Source: the human T2T-CHM13v2.0 reference genome, Homo sapiens
Length of the DNA stretch: 64,000 nt
Assembly (NCBI RefSeq): GCF_009914755.1
Contig: NC_060936.1
Direction: 5' to 3' (one strand)
This document shows positions 1 to 21,348 of the stretch, piece after piece. Position numbers and translations under genes: made by a program. The notes under the pieces are model-generated. The model searched no databases and was not told the origin of the DNA. It worked only from the letters and a program-made list of their open reading frames with translations. Position 1 is the first letter of the stretch; each line of letters starts with the position of its first letter.

Positions 1-278
1 AGATGGTTTGGGGAAGGGGGGAGGCTCTGGTGAGTGGGCAATCTGCCTGCATCTGTTTGAGGCTGAGAGTGAGGTGGGGCACATGGATATGGTTAGGTCC
101 CAGCTCTGCTACTTCTTAGCTATCATTCAGCCCCACCAACCCTCAGTCTCCATATCTGTGAAATGGGCAGGGAATATAATGATACCTGCTTCTACTTTAA
201 CATGTTTATTCGGAGGGTGAAGGTACATAATAAGGTCAAAGTGCCTAGTCAGAAATAGTTTGTAATTTATTTATTTAG

Positions 279-554
<276 letters not shown>

Positions 555-1289
555 TAGAGATGGGGTCCTACTATGTTGCCCAGGCTGGTCTTGAACTCCT
601 GGACTCAAGCAATCCTCCTGCCTCAGGCCTCCCAGAGTGCTGTGATTACAGGCATGAGCCACTGTTCCCCACCAGAAATATTTTAAACTCCATAACATCT
701 TTTCCTCTTTTCTCCCAAATGTTTTTCTTTCTTCCTTTTTTTTTTCCTTTGAGACAAAGTCTCACTCAGTTGCCCAAGCTGGAGTACAGTGGCACAATCA
801 CGGCTCACTACGGCTTCAATCTCCTGAGCTCAAGCCATCCTCCCAGCTCAGCCTCCTGAGTAGCTGGAACTACAGGCACATACTACCACATGCAGCTAAT
901 TTAAAATTTTTTGTGGAGACAGGAGTTTCACTATATTCCCCAGACTGGTCTCCAACTCCTGGACTCAAGTGATGCTCCCACCTCAGTCTCCCAAAGTGCT
1001 GGGATTACAGGTGTGAGCTACCACACCCTACTTCCATGTTTTTCACCCTAATTAGAGCTGCCACTCATGAATTCCTAAAAATAATATTAGCTTTCCTAAC
1101 ATTTAGTGAGTGTCTTCTGTGTGTCAGGCACTGTGCCTACACATATTATTTAATTTAACCTTCACAATCATTCTGTAAGGTAGGTCTGCTATTATTCTTA
1201 TCAGAGAAGAAATAGGTTCAGAGAGGTGCAGTGACTTGTCTGAGATCACACAGCCTCTGAGTGGTAAACCTGTGAGGTGAGCCATCTGT

Positions 1290-1465
1290 TAATTTGAGGG
1301 AACACCAGAATCCTTTGGAGGGCTTGTTCAAACACAGATTTCTGAACCCCATCCCAAAGTATCTGATGCAGCAGTTCTGGGGCGGCTCCCAAGAATTTAC
1401 ATTTCTAGCAAGTTCCCAGGCGATGTTGCTGTTGCCAGTCCTGGGGCACACTTTGAGAAACACGG
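1290..1465. mobile_element. MER5A-like hAT-Charlie element
   Basis: acatttctagcaagttcccaggcgatg...cacactttgagaaacac matches the recalled consensus. Confidence 0.7.
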
Positions 1466-1623
1466 CCTAATACCAAGATTTTTCCACTGTCATTATCCCA
1501 ATTAGGCATGTTATGTCAAGTCCAGCCTTTTACAATACGCTCGATTCAAGGAATTTGAAGTCTAGTATAGTTCATTCAGCCCTAGGCATATATGACCCTA
1601 TAGTCTTAATTAAGTCTTCAAAA

Positions 1624-1643
1624 CACACACACACACACACACA
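1624..1643. repeat. (CA)n microsatellite
   Basis: About 10 CA units. Confidence 0.9.
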
Positions 1644-1814
1644 TCCCAACTTTCATCCACATTAAAGGTACAAAAAGCTGGAAAATATAAATGAGTAAAA
1701 AGGACAGAATCAACCCTGGTCACTTCAATTACTCCAGTGAGATCACTTTTTGTTATACTTTTTGTTTATGGTTGTATAGGGAAAGCTTTCTGGATAAACC
1801 AACTCACTGGATTA

Positions 1815-2012
<198 letters not shown>

Positions 2013-2096
2013 CTATAAAATCTAGAACAATGTGAGGCCCACAGCAGCTGGTGGGTTCATTTCTAGTGTGACAAGCCACTAACTCCTGTTGAGTGA

Positions 2097-2498
<402 letters not shown>

Positions 2499-3067
2499 TG
2501 AGTCGGAAAAGAAGACGGATGTTTCTATGAATGCAGTTGAATGCTTTGGAAAGACTCCAAAAAGTTAGTTGGTACATATCATTATACATCTGTCCAAACC
2601 CACAGAATGTGCAGCATCAAGAGTGAGCCATAGCTGGGCGCGGTGGCTCACGCCTGTAATCCCAACATTTTGAGAGGCCGAGGCGGGCGCATCATGACAT
2701 CAGAAGATAGAGACCATCCTGGCCAAAATGGTGAAACCCCGTCTCTACTAAAAATACAAGCTGGGTGCGGTGGCTCACGCCTGTAATCCCAACACTCTGA
2801 GAGGCCAAGGAGGGCGGATCATGAGGTCAGAAGATAGAGACCATCCTGGCCAAAATGGTGAAACTCTGTCTCTACTAAAAATACAGGCTGGGCGCGGTGG
2901 CTCATGCGTATAATCCCAGCACTTTAGGAGGTCGAGGCAGGTGGATCACCTGAGGTCAGAAGTTCAAGTGCCTGTAATCCCAGCTACTCGGGAGGCTGAG
3001 GCAGGAGAATTGCTTGAACCTGGGAGGCAGAGGTTTCAGGGAGCTGAGATCGCACCGTTGCACTCTA

Positions 3068-3274
<207 letters not shown>

Positions 3275-3301
3275 TCAAAAACAAACAAACAAACAAAACA
3301 C

Positions 3302-3432
3302 CACTCATGTAGGGTACGTTGATAATGGGGGAAGCTGTGCCTGTGTCTGGAGAGGAGAGAGATATATAGGAAATCTCTGTACCTTCTGCTTAATATTGCT
3401 GTGAACCTAAAACTGCTCCAAAAAATAAAGTT
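3302..3432 (+). mobile_element. Old L1 (L1M) 3' end; upstream part at ~2575-2630 split off by Alus
   Basis: ggaaatctctgtaccttctgct...gtgaacctaaaactgctc...aataaagt. Confidence 0.7.
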
Positions 3433-3455
3433 TTTGTTTGCTTGTTTGTTTATTA

Positions 3456-3826
<371 letters not shown>

Positions 3827-3938
3827 TTATTCAGCATTGACCTCCTGAGCTCCTGTGATCCTCCTGCCTCCACCTTCCGAGTAGCTGAGACTACAGGTGT
3901 GCACCACCATGCCTGGCTAACTTTTGTATTTTTTGTAG

Positions 3939-4067
<129 letters not shown>

Positions 4068-4374
4068 TAAAAAGAAAAGAAGCCAGGTGCGGTGGTTCCT
4101 GCCTGTAATCCCAGCACTTTGGGAGGCTGAGGTGGGTGCATCACCTGAGGTCAGGAGTTTGAGACCAGCCTGGCCAACATAGTGAAACCTCATCTCTACT
4201 AAAAATACAAAACTTGGCCGGGCATGGTGGCGGGTGCCTGTAATCCCAGCTACTCGGGATGCTGAGACAGGAGAATTGCTTGAACCTGGGAGGCGGAGGT
4301 TGCAGTGAGCCAAGATCTGCCACTGCTCTCCAGCCTGGGCAACACAGTGAGACTCTGTCTCAAAAAATAAACTA

Positions 4375-4709
<335 letters not shown>

Positions 4710-5284
4710 TTATTTATCAATTTTGATTTCTTCTCTCTCCAGACCATAATACTAATATCGGCACCACACTTTGCAGCTTATAAAGCACTTTCAATTCTAT
4801 TTTATTTAATTCTTGCAACCCCAGGCAGAAGGCTTTTATTACCCCCTTTCTATAGGTTGGGAAACTGAGGCTCAGAGAGGAGAAATGAAGGTTCCAAGTA
4901 GAGGTAAGTAAGGCATTCAACTGGGGCAAGAATTTAGAGTTACTTGATGAAGTGCCTAATTAGCCCCAGGGCATGGTGTTGACAAAGGAACTATAATGAA
5001 AACACTAAACTCTACCCTTTGTGGAGGAAGATCCCCTGGGGCGGGGGAAGGAGGTAAGGAGTAGAGACTAAGAAGTTGACCATGTCTGGTTCATCTGTGA
5101 TCCTGGGCCAATGTAGGCCCTGGGGAAAGATTTGGTGCTGGGTTGAAGAAATAAGAAGTGAAGGAGGCCAGGCACAGTGGCTCACGCCTGTAATCTCAGC
5201 ACTTTGGGAGGCCAAGGCGGGTGGATCACGAAGTCAGGAGTTCAAGACCAGCCTGGCCAAGATAGTGAAACCCCGTCTCTACTA

Positions 5285-5443
<159 letters not shown>

Positions 5444-5540
5444 TCAACAACAACACGGTGGCTCACGCCTGTAATCCTAGCACTTTAGGAGGCTGAGGTG
5501 GGCAGATCGCGAGGTCAGGAGATCAAGACCATCCTGGTTA

Positions 5541-5963
<423 letters not shown>

Positions 5964-6293
5964 CTACTGTGGATCCCTTGGGAGGGGGTGATCCACTGAA
6001 CCCTATGTAGGGAGCCCCTGAATTTGAGGATCTGAGATCCCTTCCAGCCCTGGTGTTAATAGTTGTAATAATGATAATAGTAATAATAATAGGATCCAGA
6101 AGTTTTGGGATATTGGCTCTGGGTCAGGCACTGTGCTAAAAGCTTTATCTCATGTAATCTCTTTACAGCCCTGTGACGCAGCCATGGTTATTATCATCTC
6201 CATTTTGCAGATGAGAAAACTGAGGCTTAGAGAGGCTAAATGACTTGCTCACGTTGCACAGCCTAAAAGTGAAGTCCATGGTTTCCAATTTAG

Positions 6294-6776
<483 letters not shown>

Positions 6777-8271
6777 TGAGCTCCTGACCTCAGGTCAGCC
6801 ACCCAAAGTGCTGGGATTACAGGCGTGAGCCACTCTGCCTGGCCCATGGGGCCATGGGGCTCTTTCAAGGGCAAACTCAAGTTGCTTTTTTCTTTTCTTT
6901 TTTTTTTTTTTTTTTTTGAGATGGAGTCTCATGCTGTCGCCCAGGCTGGAGTGCAATAGCACCATCTCAGCTCACTGCAACCTCCGCCTCCCAGGTTCAA
7001 GTGATTCTCTTGCTTCAGTCCCCTGAGTAGCTGGGATTACAGGCAGCTGCCACCGTGCCCAGCTAATTTTTGTATTTTTAGTAGAGACAGGGTTTCACCA
7101 TGTTGGCCAGGCTGATCTTGAGCTGCTGACGTCAAGTGATCCTCCTGCCTCGGCCTCCCAAAGTGCTGGGATTATAGGCGTGAGCCACCACTCCTGGCCC
7201 AAGTTGCTGTATTTGAAGAGTGTATCATAACACTGGCAACCATTCATTAATTTAAGTATTCATTCAGAAATCATGTATGAGCACCTCCTATGTGCCAGGC
7301 ACAGACTGGTTAATGCGGGCTCATGAGGATCATGGTCTCTGCCCTCAAGCAGCCCCACTTATTTATTATGTATTTATTTATAGAGACAGAATCTCACTCT
7401 GTTGCCCAAGCTGGAGTGCAATGGCGTAATCATAGCTTACTGCAGCCTTGAACTCCTGGGCTTAAGCAATCCTCCCACCTCAGCCTCCTGAGTAGCTAGG
7501 ACTACAGGTACGCACCACCATGGCCAGATAATGTTTTTCAATTTTTTTTTTTTTTTTGTAGAGATGGGGTCTTACTATGTGGCCCAGGTTGCTCTCGAAC
7601 TTCTGGGCTCAAGCAATACTCCCACCTCTGCCTCCCAAAGTGCTGAAATTACAGGTGGCATGAGCCACCACACCTGGCCAGTCACATTTATTTTATTGTT
7701 CCTCTCCACGAGATTCAGGTGTGAGCTATTGCAGTGCAGAGTCTCGGACCCTGTTCTGGTCCCACAGAGTCGGATGCTTTGTGGTTGGAGCCCAGGAATC
7801 TGCATCTTACAAGCTTCCCAGATGCCTTATAAACACTGAGATGCGGGAACCCCTGGGTTAGGGCTGAGGCGACCTCGACAAGCAAAAATTCATCACACAG
7901 CAAGAAATGTTTGCTTTTTTCTTTTTTTTTTTTGAAACACAGTCTCGCTCTGTCACCCAGGCTGGAGTGCAGTGGCACAATCTTGGCTCACTGCAACCTC
8001 CACCTCCTGGGTTCAAATGATTCTCATGCCTCACCCCCCCGCCTGAGTAGCTAGGATTACAGGCAGGCGCCACCACACCCAGATAATTTTTGTATTTTTA
8101 GTAGAGTCCAGGTTTCACCATGTTGGCCAGGCTGGTCTTGAACTCTCCTGACCTCAAATGATCAAACTCCCAAAGTGCTGGGATTACAGGTGTGAGCCAC
8201 CGTGCCCGGCCAAGGAACATTTTCTATAGGGATTATGGGGGTTGCCAGGGAAGGCTTTTGGGAGGAGGTAA

Positions 8272-8430
<159 letters not shown>

Positions 8431-9289
8431 TAAGATGAGACCTGAGGGGTGAGTAGTAGTGAACAAGTCAACGAGAAGGGGGAAGAGACACAGCAAAGTA
8501 GAAGCCCCAGTCCTTGCCCCGAAGGAGTTGACAGCCAGGTGGATGGAGGGGATATAGTAATCAAGCATAGCAGATGATGCTTCCAGGAGGTTGTGGAAGG
8601 TGAAAGAAGCCCTGACTCAGCCTGAGGAATCCAGGTGACTTTGCCGAGGAGGACCATGTTTTCCAACACCCAGATATGAGTGCAGACTGCGTCACAACTT
8701 GGGTGAAGAGAATGGGTGTTCAAGAGAATCAGGGCAGGCCAGGAGTGAGGGAGGAGTCTCCTAAGTGTTAAAGGCCTCTTAACAGCCAACTAGTGATGGG
8801 TAGAAGTCCCAGTCGACCTCTGATCTGGATACTGTTTTCACCTCCATTGTCAATGCTAAGCCTTTGTTTGTTTGAACTAAGTCCTTCTATCTGGAGTCCT
8901 TAGTGATCCGGCAGTAAATGGTGTAAATGGTGACATTTAAGTGAGTGGAGGATTCCTTTGCAATGGGACCCAGAGAACACCTGCTAATTCAGAGGAATCT
9001 CAGGATCTCATCCCTCTCGAAATAACCTTCATGGCCACCATTGCTGAGGAGTGGGTAGTAGAACTCTGGCCCTGGCCCTGGCCAGCCTTCATTCAGTCCT
9101 AACATGGCTGCTTTCTAATTATCTGTCCTTGGATACGTGTTACTTAATTTTCTGATGCTGCAATCTCATACTCTGGCGAAGGAGGCTAATAATAGTACTT
9201 ACTACTGCCAGAGAGTTATTTTGAAAACAGAATTAATTTTCTTATGTATTAACTTTTTTGTGTGAGTTAAATTTTCATTTACAAAAAAG

Positions 9290-9555
9290 AAATATATATT
9301 TATATATAATATATAATATATAATTATATATTTTATTTATATATAATATATATAATTATTCATTTTTAATTTATATATATTTATAATATATAATTATATA
9401 TATTACATATATTTATAATATATAATTATATATTTTATATATTTAATATATATAATTATATATTTTATATACTTATAATATATATAATTATATATTTTAT
9501 ATATTTATAATATATATAATTATATACATTATATATATGTGTATTATATATATCG
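9290..9555. repeat. AT-rich minisatellite, unit ~30 nt
   Basis: Recurring tataatatatataattatatattttatata. Confidence 0.92.
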
Positions 9556-9654
9556 TGTGTGTGTGTGTCTATGTCTGTGTGTGTTTCAGACAGGGTCTCG
9601 CTCTGTTGCCCAGGTGGAGTGCGGTGGCATGAACATAGCTCACTGCAGCTTTGA

Positions 9655-9879
<225 letters not shown>

Positions 9880-10082
9880 TGAGCAGCTGGGACTACAGGT
9901 GCATGCCACCACACCCGGCTAATTTTTTGTATTTTTAGTAGAGATGGGGTTTCACTGTTTTAGCCAGGATGGTCTCGATCTCCTGACCTCATGATCTGCC
10001 CACCTCGGCCTCCCAAAGTGCTGGGATTACAGGCGTGAGCTACTGTGCCCAGCATGTCTTTTTTTTTTTATTTTTAATTTAA

Positions 10083-10313
<231 letters not shown>

Positions 10314-10705
10314 TGATCCACCTGCTTCAGCCTCCTAAAGTGCTGGGATTACAGGTGTGAGCCACCGCGCTTGGCCATGTCTTTTATTTTTGTAGAGATA
10401 GGGGCTTGATCTGTGTCACCGAGGCTGGTCTCGAACTCCTGGCCTCAAGCAATCCTCCCACTTTGGCCTGTCAAAGTGTTGGGATTACAGGTGTGAGCCA
10501 CCTGGCTTCACCCATGTTTTTTATTTGTAGAAGTTTATGGGGCGCATGTGTAATTTTGTTACTTCCATAGGTTGCCTAGTGCTCAAGGCAGGGCATTTAG
10601 GGTATCCATGGCCCAAGTACCATACATTGTACCCATTAACTAATTGCTTATCCTCCTCTCAACTCCCACCCTTGAATTTTCTTATGAAATCTTCTTAGGA
10701 TCTAA

Positions 10706-11302
<597 letters not shown>

Positions 11303-11492
11303 TAGCCAGAATGGTCTCGATCTCCTGACCTCGTGATCCGCCCACCTCAGCCTCCCAAAGTGCTGGGATTACAGGCGTGAGCCACCATGCCCGGCACACC
11401 CAGCTAATTTTTGTATTTTTAGTAGAGATCACACCAGTGCACTCCAGCCTGGGTGACAGAGTAAGACTCCATCTCAAAAAAATAATAAATAA

Positions 11493-11822
<330 letters not shown>

Positions 11823-12302
11823 TGATTTTTTGAGACAGGGTCTCACTCTGTCCCCCATGGTGGAGTGCAGTGGTGCTCACTGCAGCTTTGACCTCCTGGG
11901 CTCAAATTATCCTCCCACCTCAACCTCCCACTGAGTAGCTGAGTTTATAGGCACTCACCACCACGCCCTGCTAATTTTTTTGTTTTTTGTAGAGATGGGA
12001 GTCTCACTTTGTTGCCCAGGCTGGTCTTGAACACCTGGGTTCAAGCAATCCTTTCACCTCAGCCTCTGAAAGTGCTGGAATTACAGGCGTGAGCCACCAC
12101 GCCTGGCTTTAAAAAAAAGTTAAGAACAATTAGTGTTTGTTATTACTCTGCAGACTGTCGTGGGAAATGCAGACAGGACTGTGGTGATTGCCTGGGTGGA
12201 GTTTAGAAAATAGCTGTGGAGCACATGAATCTGCTAGATAAAAACAGAATTCATAATTCATGACCTGTTATATTGCACTGTAAGAGTCCAGACATTGTGT
12301 CA

Positions 12303-12657
<355 letters not shown>

Positions 12658-13955
12658 TTAGAAGTTAATGGGGGAGGGGGAAGAGCAGTCCTGGGACAGG
12701 GAACCGCCCGAGCGAAGGTCCTGAGGTTGGAAGGGGCTTGGCACATTTCAGAAACAGAAGGAAGCCTAGCTCGGAGGATGGATGTGGTGTCCCTAGGGAT
12801 AATGGTGGAGATAGGCAGCGATGGTATTCCTTAGCACCTTGGAGGTCAGAGTAAGTAGTTTGAGTTCTATCCTGGGGGCAACAGGGTTTCAAACAGGGAT
12901 GGTGGGATAGGCAGATTATACTTTAGAAGGATCTCCTGGCCAGGCAACCTGGCTCACACTTGTAATCCCAACACTTTGGGAAGCTGAGGCAGGAGGATCA
13001 CTTGAATTCAGGAGTTTGAGACCAGCCTGGGCAACATGGTGAAACCCCATCTCTACAAAAAATACAAAACTTGGCCGGGCGTGGTGGCTCACACCTGTAA
13101 TCCTAGCACTTTGGGAGGCCGAGGCAGGCGGATCACCTGAGGTCAGGAATTCCAGACAAGCCTGGCCAACATGGTGAAACCCGGTCTCTACTAAAAATAC
13201 CAAAATTAGCTGGGCATGGTGGCGGATGCCTGTAACCCCAGCTACTCAAGAGACTGAGCAGAACTGCCTCCCAGGTTCAAGCGATTCTCCTGCCTCAGCC
13301 TCCCGAGTAGCTGGGATTACAGGCATGTGCCACCAAGCCCGTTTAATTTTTGTATTTTTAGTAGAGACAGGGTTTCGCCATGTGGGCCAGGCTGGTCTTG
13401 AACTCCTGACGTCAGGTGATCCGCCCGCCTCGGCCTCCCAAAGTGCTGGGATTACAGGCGTGAGCCACTCTGCGCCTGGCCGAGGTCTTTCTCTCAAAGC
13501 GATCACTAACCTGGCGCCACTGAACTCCAGCCTGGGCGACAGAGACCCTGTCTCTAAAGAAATTATTAAAAAAAAAAAAAAAAAAAAAAAAGGAGTCCTT
13601 GAGGCCCAGGAAGGGTCCTCTCCAGCCCTCGCACAAGCTCCACCTCCCCTCCTCCTCCAAGGATCCTGAGACCAGACAGCCACGTATAAGGTGGCGGGCG
13701 TGACTCCTCTGGCCAGGCTCGTGGGCGGCGCCCGCACATGCGGAGCCTGCCACCCACTGGGCGAGAGCGGTACTGCAGACGCGGGTGTCAAGAGTCGCCC
13801 CACCCGGTGGCTTTGCTGTAAATGTTCACTGAGCGCCTTTTCTGTTCCAGGCAGAAGGGGTCCCTGCCCTCATGTGGCTTACAATCTAATGGAACTAATA
13901 CCAGCAACGGAAGTGCCGCTAGCGACTTGATTAAAACTTTTTTTTTTTTTTTTGA

Positions 13956-14060
<105 letters not shown>

Positions 14061-15088
14061 TAGCTGGGACTACAGGCGCCCGCCACCACGCCGGGATAGT
14101 TTTTTTGTATTTTTAGTAGAGACGGGGTTTCACCGTGTTAGCCAGGATGGTCTCATCTCCTGACCTCGTGATCCACCCGACTCGGCCTCCCAAAGTGCTG
14201 GGATGAGAGGCGTGAACCACGGCGCCAGGCCAATTTTTGTGTTTTTAGTAGAGACAGGGTTTCATCATATTAGTCACAGGCTGGTATCGAGCTCCTGACC
14301 TCAGGTGATCCACCCACCTCGGCCTCCTAAAGTGCTGGGATTCCAGGTGTGAGTCACCATGCCTGACCTTTTTAAAATTTCTTTACAGCAATGCAAGAAA
14401 AAACTTTTTTTTTTTTTAATAGAGATGGGATCTCCCTATGTTGCCCAGGCTGGTCTTAAAGTCCTGGAATCAAGCAATCCTCCTGCCTCAGCCTCCCAAA
14501 ATGTTCTGATTACAGGCATGAGCCACCACGCCTAGCCTATAGCAACTTTATAATCTGCTTTTTGATGAAAGCTTTTGTTCTTATAATACAAGTACTATAC
14601 GTTCATGGTAGAAAATTTAAAAAGAAAATTTAAAGCCCAGACATAACTTCTGTCAACATGTGAGTGTAGCCCTTACGGAATTGTCGTGTGTTTTACAAAA
14701 ATAGAAGTATACATTTAATATTTTGTAGCCTGCTTTCTTGTTTTTAACAGCTTTATTGAGATATAATGTAAGAGGGACCGATATCAATACATTCCAATAT
14801 ACCACCTTTTCACATACAATATATCTGCTTTGTTTTAAACTTAATGTAATAGTGGTTTATTAATAATAATATAACACAAATCACTGCTATAGGTTGAGGA
14901 AAGTGCTAAGTGCTTTACACACATCATCATGTTCAGTTCTCCCAAAAACCCTAACAGTAGGTACTATTATTTTCCTCATTCTGCAGATGAAGAAACTGAA
15001 GCATAAAATTACTTGTCCAGCAATAGCAGCAGAACCTGGATTTATTTTTATATTTTAAGATAGGGTTTTGGCTGGGTGTGGTGGCTCA

Positions 15089-15441
<353 letters not shown>

Positions 15442-15734
15442 TCAAGCAATCCTCCACCTCAGCCTCGCAAGTAGCTGAGATTACAGGCAGGCATCACCAT
15501 GCCCAGCTAATTTCTGTATTTTTTGTAGAGATAGGGGTTCGCCATGTTGCCTAGGTTGGTCTTGAACTCCAGGGTTCAAGTGATCCTCCTATCTCAGCCT
15601 CCCAAAGTGCTGAGACTATAGGTGTGAGCCACCTCACCCAGCCAGAGGTGGACTTAAATCCAGCTTTGTCTGAGAACCTGAGTTCTTAACCATTTTGTTA
15701 TGCCTGGCCTGTGCCAGGCATTGAGAGAATTTAG

Positions 15735-15827
<93 letters not shown>

Positions 15828-16798
15828 TGAGGTCAGGAGTTCGAGACCAGCCTGGCCAACGTGGTGAAACCCCATCTCTACTAAAAATACAAAAATTAGC
15901 CGGGTGTGGTGGCAGATGCCTGTAATTCCAGCTACTCAGAAGGCTGAGGCAGGAGAATTGCTTGAACCCAGGAGGCGGAGGTTGTAGTGAGTCGAGATCG
16001 TGTCACTACACTACAGCCTGGGTGACAGAGCAAGACTCTGTCTTAAAAAAAAAAAAAAAAGGTTAGGGGGTCTCCTGGGGCCTGAAGTGGAATGAGGAAG
16101 TGGAATAGTCATCATAAGAGGTACAGTGGGCTGAACATCACTGGGGGACCAGAGGCCAGGGTCAGGATGTAACCAGGAAAGGCTTCCTGGAAGAGGTGAG
16201 AACCGAGTGTGATGTGTGCAGACAGAGGTGGGGAACCACGTGGGGCTGGCCTAAGCAGAACCTCGGGTGTAGACGAGTGTATGAGCATCAACAGGGACCA
16301 GTAAGGAAAAATAACTGAGCACCAAATTCTATGGGGTCACAGAGATAGATGATACTGGGGGTCTGCCCTCTAAAGCTGACAATCTAGCTCGGCAGAAGGT
16401 TGAGAGGTGGGGGTAGGAACACAGAAATAAGTAATAGCTATCACTGTGCACACCCGCCCCCACGTGTCAGGCTTTCTACCTACATTGACACATTTAAGCT
16501 CACAACATCTCTGGAAGATCCAGTTATTAGCCCCATTTATGAATGAAGAAAGAAAGGCTCAGAGTAAAGCAGATTGCTCTAGGTCTTCCTAGCAGGAAGG
16601 GCTAGGGCCAAGGCTCAAACCTGGGTGGCTCAAGGTCTAAATCCAGTGTTCTAACCTGCACAGCTACGCTATTCAGCCTACCCCAGCTGGACCGCCCCCT
16701 CCCACTGCAAGGAAACCAACCCTGACACCCAGCCTTCTATGCCTTCTATGCAAACCTCTAGGTGCACTTCAGTCAGAAATCTTTTTTTTTTTTTTTGA

Positions 16799-16939
<141 letters not shown>

Positions 16940-16942
16940 TAA

Positions 16943-17086
<144 letters not shown>

Positions 17087-17089
17087 TAA

Positions 17090-17663
<574 letters not shown>

Positions 17664-17790
17664 TGACTGCCCCTCCAAAGCCAAATGCCATTTTGATCCT
17701 CTTCTATTGACCCTGTACCACCTCGATCAAGACAATTCTTTGTTTTTTTTTCTTTTATGGTCAAAAAATTTAAGACTAGTTCCAACTTGA

Positions 17791-18139
<349 letters not shown>

Positions 18140-18504
18140 TAACAGTTAACAATTATTGAGCACTCATTTTGTGCCAGGCACTGTGCTAAGAGTGCAGTAT
18201 CTCAGAGTGGTTAAACATGGAGGCTTTGGGGCCAGACTTCTAGATTTAAATTCTGGCTCTGGGTCAGGAACAGTGGCCGACACCTGTAATTCCAGAACTT
18301 TGAGAGGCTGAGGTGGGAGGATCGCTTAAACTCAGGAGTTTGAGATCAGCCTGAGCAACATAGTAAGACCCCGTCTCTAAAAAAAAAAAAATTAGCTGGA
18401 TGAGGTGGTGTGCACTTGTAGTCCTAACTACTCAGGATGCTTGTTAGGTGCAGTGGCTCATGCTTGTAATCCCAGCACTTTGGGAGGCCGAGGCAGGTGA
18501 ATCA

Positions 18505-18781
<277 letters not shown>

Positions 18782-19327
18782 CTATTGTAGAGAAGAGGAA
18801 GCATAGCTGGTGGCAAACCAGAGATTTGAACCCAGGAGTTCCTGATCCCTGTCTTGAACACTTTCTTTTTCTTTTTTTTTTAGAGATGGTGTCTTGCTAT
18901 GTTGCCCAAGCTGGACTTGAACTCCTGGGCTTAACGGATCCTCTGGCCTCAGCCTCTCAAGTAGCTAGGACTACAAGCAAGCCCGGCTAGCTTAGACCCT
19001 TTGTATGGCCCCAGTGTGGGGCCTCATATACCCTTTGGCTGTGTTTGAGGACGTGTTTGACAGATTTGATGATCTTGATTGCACCCTGAAGTATAAAAAC
19101 TTAGGCTACTCGAGAAAGATTTCATGCTAAATCAGGTAGTAAAGCTCTAGTAATATGATCCTAAGGTTTTGTCTTCATGAAACTGCATGACCTTAAGGCA
19201 TCGGTTTCAGCTAACCTGCCCAAGGCCACACAGGCTGTAAGGGAACAAGATGTGAGCCCAGCCTTCTCACACTAGAGTCCCTGTTTGTTCTCCTACCCGG
19301 ACTTTTTTGTTGCTGTTGTTGTTTTGA

Positions 19328-19471
<144 letters not shown>

Positions 19472-19591
19472 TAATTTTTGTATTTTTAGTGGAGACGGCG
19501 TTTCACCATGTTGGCCAGGCTGGTCTCGAACTCCTGACCTCAAGTGACCCACCTGTCTCCGCCTCCCAAAGTGCTGGGATTACAGGCGTGA

Positions 19592-19941
<350 letters not shown>

Positions 19942-20301
19942 TAGAGGGTTTCCAAATATATTTTATGGTCACCTATTCTCCCAACAATGTGTGCTATACT
20001 GTGTGTTTACACATAGGTGTGTCTTTAGAGGAAAGGGTTCAAAGCTTTCATTAGATTCTTTTTTTTTCTAATAAAGAAAAAAGCTTTGTTGCCCAGGCTG
20101 GTCTCAAACTCTCAAGCTCAAGCAATCTGTCCGCCTCGGCCTCTCAAAGTGTTGGGATTACAGCCATGAGCCACCACGCTGGTCCTCATTACATTCTCAA
20201 AGGGGCCTATTGAAAAAAAAAAAAAAAAAAAAAAAAAAGGCCGGGCACAGTGGCTCACGCCTGTAATCCCAGCACTTTGGGAGGCCGAGGAAGGCGGATC
20301 A

Positions 20302-20561
<260 letters not shown>

Positions 20562-21315
20562 TTATATACTTTTTTTTTAAAGTTTTATTTTTAAAGCTGC
20601 TTTTAGACAAGTCGAAGGAAGAAAGAAGGGGATAAGGAGGAAAGAATTTTGTAGACAAAATTTAACAGAGGTCAATTTTTTTTTTTTTTTTTTGTCTCCC
20701 AGGCTGGAGTGCAGTGGCATGATCTCAGCTCACTGCAACTTGCCCTCCCAGGTTCAAGCGATTCCTGTGCCTCAGCCACCCGGGTAGCTGGGATTACAGG
20801 TGTGCGCCACCATGCCCAGGTAATTTTTGTATTTTTAGTAGAGTTGGGGTTTCACCATGTTGGCCAGGCGGGTCTCGAACTTCTGACGTCAAGTGATCAG
20901 CCAGTCTCGGCATCCCAAAGTGCTGGGATTACAGGCGTGAACCACCACTCCCGGCCAGATGTCAATTTTTGTTTCCACAATTTCAAGGAAGAGAAAGCTA
21001 GTGTGACCAGAGGTCAAAAGATGAGAATGTTGGCCGGGTACGGTGGCTCATGCCTGTCATCCCACTATTTTGGGAGGCCGAGGCAGACAGATCACCTGAG
21101 GTCAAGAGTTTGAGACCAGCCTGGCTAACATGGTGAAACACCGTCTCTACTAAAAATACAAAAGAATTTGCTGGGCGTGGTGGTGCGTGCCTGTAATCCC
21201 AGCTACTCAGGAGGCTGAGGCAGTAGAACTGCTTGAACCTGGGATGCAGAGGTTGCAGTGAGCCAAGATTGCACCGCTGCACTCCAGCCTAAGCAACAAG
21301 AGTCAAACTCCGTCT

Positions 21316-21348
<33 letters not shown>

